A stretch of DNA of 64,000 nt. Origin: an uncultured delta proteobacterium (GTDB lineage: Bacteria > Desulfobacterota > Binatia > Binatales > Binataceae). The stretch is from assembly GCA_963771325.1 (NCBI GenBank), contig CAVYTJ010000004.1, forward strand, positions 117,174 through 181,173. Direction: 5' to 3'. This document shows, piece after piece, positions 61,916 to 64,000 of this stretch. Each line of letters starts with the position of its first letter. Positions within the stretch are counted from its first letter, which is position 1. A program made the translations under genes and the position numbers. The notes under the pieces are model-generated. The model was given only the letters and a program-made list of their open reading frames with translations. It ran no database searches and was not told the DNA's origin.

Positions 61916-62695
61916 CTAACGCCCGCTGAACTTCGCCTCGCGGCGCTCCAGGAACGCAGCCAACCCTTCCCTGCGGTCCTCGGTCGCGTACAGAAACGCC
62001 ATCGCCTGGCGCTCCGCTTCGATACCCGTCTTGAGGCCGCCGTTTTGCGCGATGTCGACCAGCAGCTTCGCGCATCGGAGCCCCATCGGCGGCAGCTTGA
62101 GCAGCTTGCGCGCCCACAGCGTCGCAACCTCGAGCGCCTGGCCCGCCGGCGCAATTTCGTTGACGAGCCCGTGATGGAACGCCTGCTGAGCGCTTAGCGG
62201 CTCGCCGGTGTAGACCATCTGCTTGGCGATCGCCGCCGGCAGCATCCGCGGAAGCCGCTGCGTCCCGCCCGCGCCCGGCAGCAATCCGATCTTTATCTCG
62301 GGCACGCCGATACTCGTGTCCTCGGCGATGATCCGGAAATCGCAGCACAGTGAAATCTCGCATCCGCCGCCGTACGCGATTCCATTGATCGCGGCGATCG
62401 TCGGACGGTCGAGATCCTCGAACCCGTTGAACGCCGTCTGCACGTTCTCGATAAAGCTCATGAAGTCGGGCGGGCCGCCGACCTTGGTCATCGCCGCGAT
62501 GTCGGCGCCGGCGCAGAACGCGCGCCCGTTGCCGGTCAGGATCACCACGCGCGCGCCCGGCTCGGCACGGATATCGGACGCGAGCTTGCGCAGGTCGTCG
62601 ATCATCTCGGGGTTGATCGCGTTGAGCTTGCCCGGCCGGTTGAAGCGCACGGTCGCAATCCCGTCCGCACATTCGTATTGCAAGGTCTGATACAT
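61916..62695 (-). CDS. Enoyl-CoA hydratase/isomerase
   Basis: FNRPGKLNA, FCAGADI, GGGCE, PEIKIGLLPGAGGTQRL. Confidence 0.93.
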   Translation of the reverse strand: MYQTLQYECADGIATVRFNRPGKLNAINPEMIDDLRKLASDIRAEPGARVVILTGNGRAFCAGADIAAMTKVGGPPDFMSFIENVQTAFNGFEDLDRPTIAAINGIAYGGGCEISLCCDFRIIAEDTSIGVPEIKIGLLPGAGGTQRLPRMLPAAIAKQMVYTGEPLSAQQAFHHGLVNEIAPAGQALEVATLWARKLLKLPPMGLRCAKLLVDIAQNGGLKTGIEAERQAMAFLYATEDRREGLAAFLERREAKFSGR

Positions 62696-62758
62696 CGCTC
62701 CTCCTGTTTTGATCCCGCTTGAAACTTTGATCTCGCCGCACTGTCGGCGACGCGACGT

Positions 62759-63505
62759 CTAGACCATCGTCAGGCCGCCGCTCACCGAAAGCGCCTGCCC
62801 CGTGATGTATGAGGCGTCGTCGGAAGCCAGAAACGCGACCGCCGCCGCGATATCCGCCGGCTTGCCCAGCCGGCCCATCGGCACCGCGCGCTTGAGAGCG
62901 TCGTGCAGCTTGGGATTATGCGTCGCCAGCTCCTGGAGCATCGGCGTGTCGGTCGGCCCCGGGCACACGCAGTTGACGGTGATCCCGTGACGCGCCATCT
63001 CGCGCGCGAGCGTCTTGCTGAACGCGATCACGCCGCCCTTGGCGCCCGAATAGACCGCCTCGCCGCTCGAGCCGACGCGGCCCGCATCCGAGCTTATCGA
63101 CACGATTCGTCCGCCGCCGCGCGCGACCATCGAATCGAGCACCGCACGGCAGCAGTTGATCGGCCCGCGCAGATCGATCGCGAGCACCTTGTCCCAGGTC
63201 TCCTCGCTGTTCTTGAGAAACGGCTCAACCCGATCCCAACCCGCGTTGTTGACCAGGATGTCGATCGGCCCAAGTCGCCGTTCGGCTTCGGCAACCGCCG
63301 CGCGTGCGCTCGCGAGCTTGGCCACGTCGATCTCAAGTCCGATCGCGCCGCCGCCGATCTCTTTTGCCGCAATTTCGGCGCCAGCCTGATCGAGGTCGGC
63401 GAGCGCGACCTTGCATCCCTCTTCGCGCAGGCGCTGCGCGATGCCTCTGCCGATTCCGCGTCCCGCGCCGGTGACGAATGCGACCCTGCCGCTTAGTCCG
63501 CGCAT
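62759..63505 (-). CDS. SDR oxidoreductase (BadH-like acyl-CoA alcohol dehydrogenase)
   Basis: TGAGRGIG, NNAGWD, SDAGRVGSSGEAVYSGAKGG, CPGPTDT. Confidence 0.9.
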   Translation of the reverse strand: MRGLSGRVAFVTGAGRGIGRGIAQRLREEGCKVALADLDQAGAEIAAKEIGGGAIGLEIDVAKLASARAAVAEAERRLGPIDILVNNAGWDRVEPFLKNSEETWDKVLAIDLRGPINCCRAVLDSMVARGGGRIVSISSDAGRVGSSGEAVYSGAKGGVIAFSKTLAREMARHGITVNCVCPGPTDTPMLQELATHNPKLHDALKRAVPMGRLGKPADIAAAVAFLASDDASYITGQALSVSGGLTMV

Positions 63506-63728
63506 CTGATGTTCCCTCCTTGGGCAAAACGCGGCGCGAGCCGCGCGCGGCGCGATTATAATCCGGTTGCGCTCGCGATTAGAAAGCCGCCGATGTGACA
63601 GCCGCGTGCTCTGGGCAAAGGGGCGAGGCGATTTGGGAAGCCGGGGACGAGACTATTCGCTTGCGGCGAGCGTCCGCCGCAGCGATCGAAAGACAATCCG
63701 ATCGGAATCTGTCAGGTCTAATTCTTAC

Positions 63729-63986
63729 CTAGTTCTTGAGGCGCGGATCGTCGGTCGCAACACACAGGGCTTGGGCGCCTGCGTCGGTTTGAAGTTTCGC
63801 GGCCGCACATTTCGCCGCCGTGTCGAAGGCGCTCAATTGGGTCCATTGCGAAATTGGGCGGGGCGAAGCCGGTCCGAAAACTTGGTCTTGAAGGTTTCCC
63901 AGAAAGCCGAAGTTTCCAGAAGATGGCGGGCTAAGTAGATACCAGCCCACGGCCACGAGCGCGATTGCATTACGACATTTAAACAT
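63729..63986 (-). CDS. Small secreted hypothetical protein with two Cys
   Basis: Signal-like IALVAVGWYLLSPP; PISQW...FDTAAKC...CVATDDPRL. Confidence 0.7.
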   Translation of the reverse strand: MFKCRNAIALVAVGWYLLSPPSSGNFGFLGNLQDQVFGPASPRPISQWTQLSAFDTAAKCAAAKLQTDAGAQALCVATDDPRLKN

Positions 63987-64000
63987 CCCCCATCCTAGCA

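Overview
High-GC (roughly two-thirds G+C by eye), gene-dense bacterial chromosome segment. The gene repertoire (several luciferase-like monooxygenases, amidohydrolases, CaiB CoA-transferases, DUF1329, small lineage-type secreted proteins) suggests Candidatus Binatota; this is inference only. Housekeeping genes (trmI, class A PBP, fabF/fabH, pgl, typA, cutA, hisC, pth, YqeY, RND pump) alternate with catabolic modules for aromatic or heterocyclic compounds. I found no rRNA, tRNA, CRISPR array, integrase or transposase. Most notable: (1) 2-aminophenol 1,6-dioxygenase amnBA followed directly by an AHL-lactonase-family metallohydrolase, downstream of CoA-transferase/thiolase genes, a candidate benzoxazolinone-degradation unit; (2) a stand-alone PaaA-like di-iron protein with an aryl-AMP ligase and a small Cys-rich protein; (3) a 59-codon transketolase remnant whose N- and C-termini are fused in frame, next to higBA; (4) a 1.35-kb insert flanked by a 31-bp duplication of the rhodanese 3' end; (5) a candidate structured ncRNA; (6) small ORFs missed by the track; (7) several +1 frameshifts and many short tandem duplications at gene boundaries. 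All protein calls come from motif recognition, not database searches.
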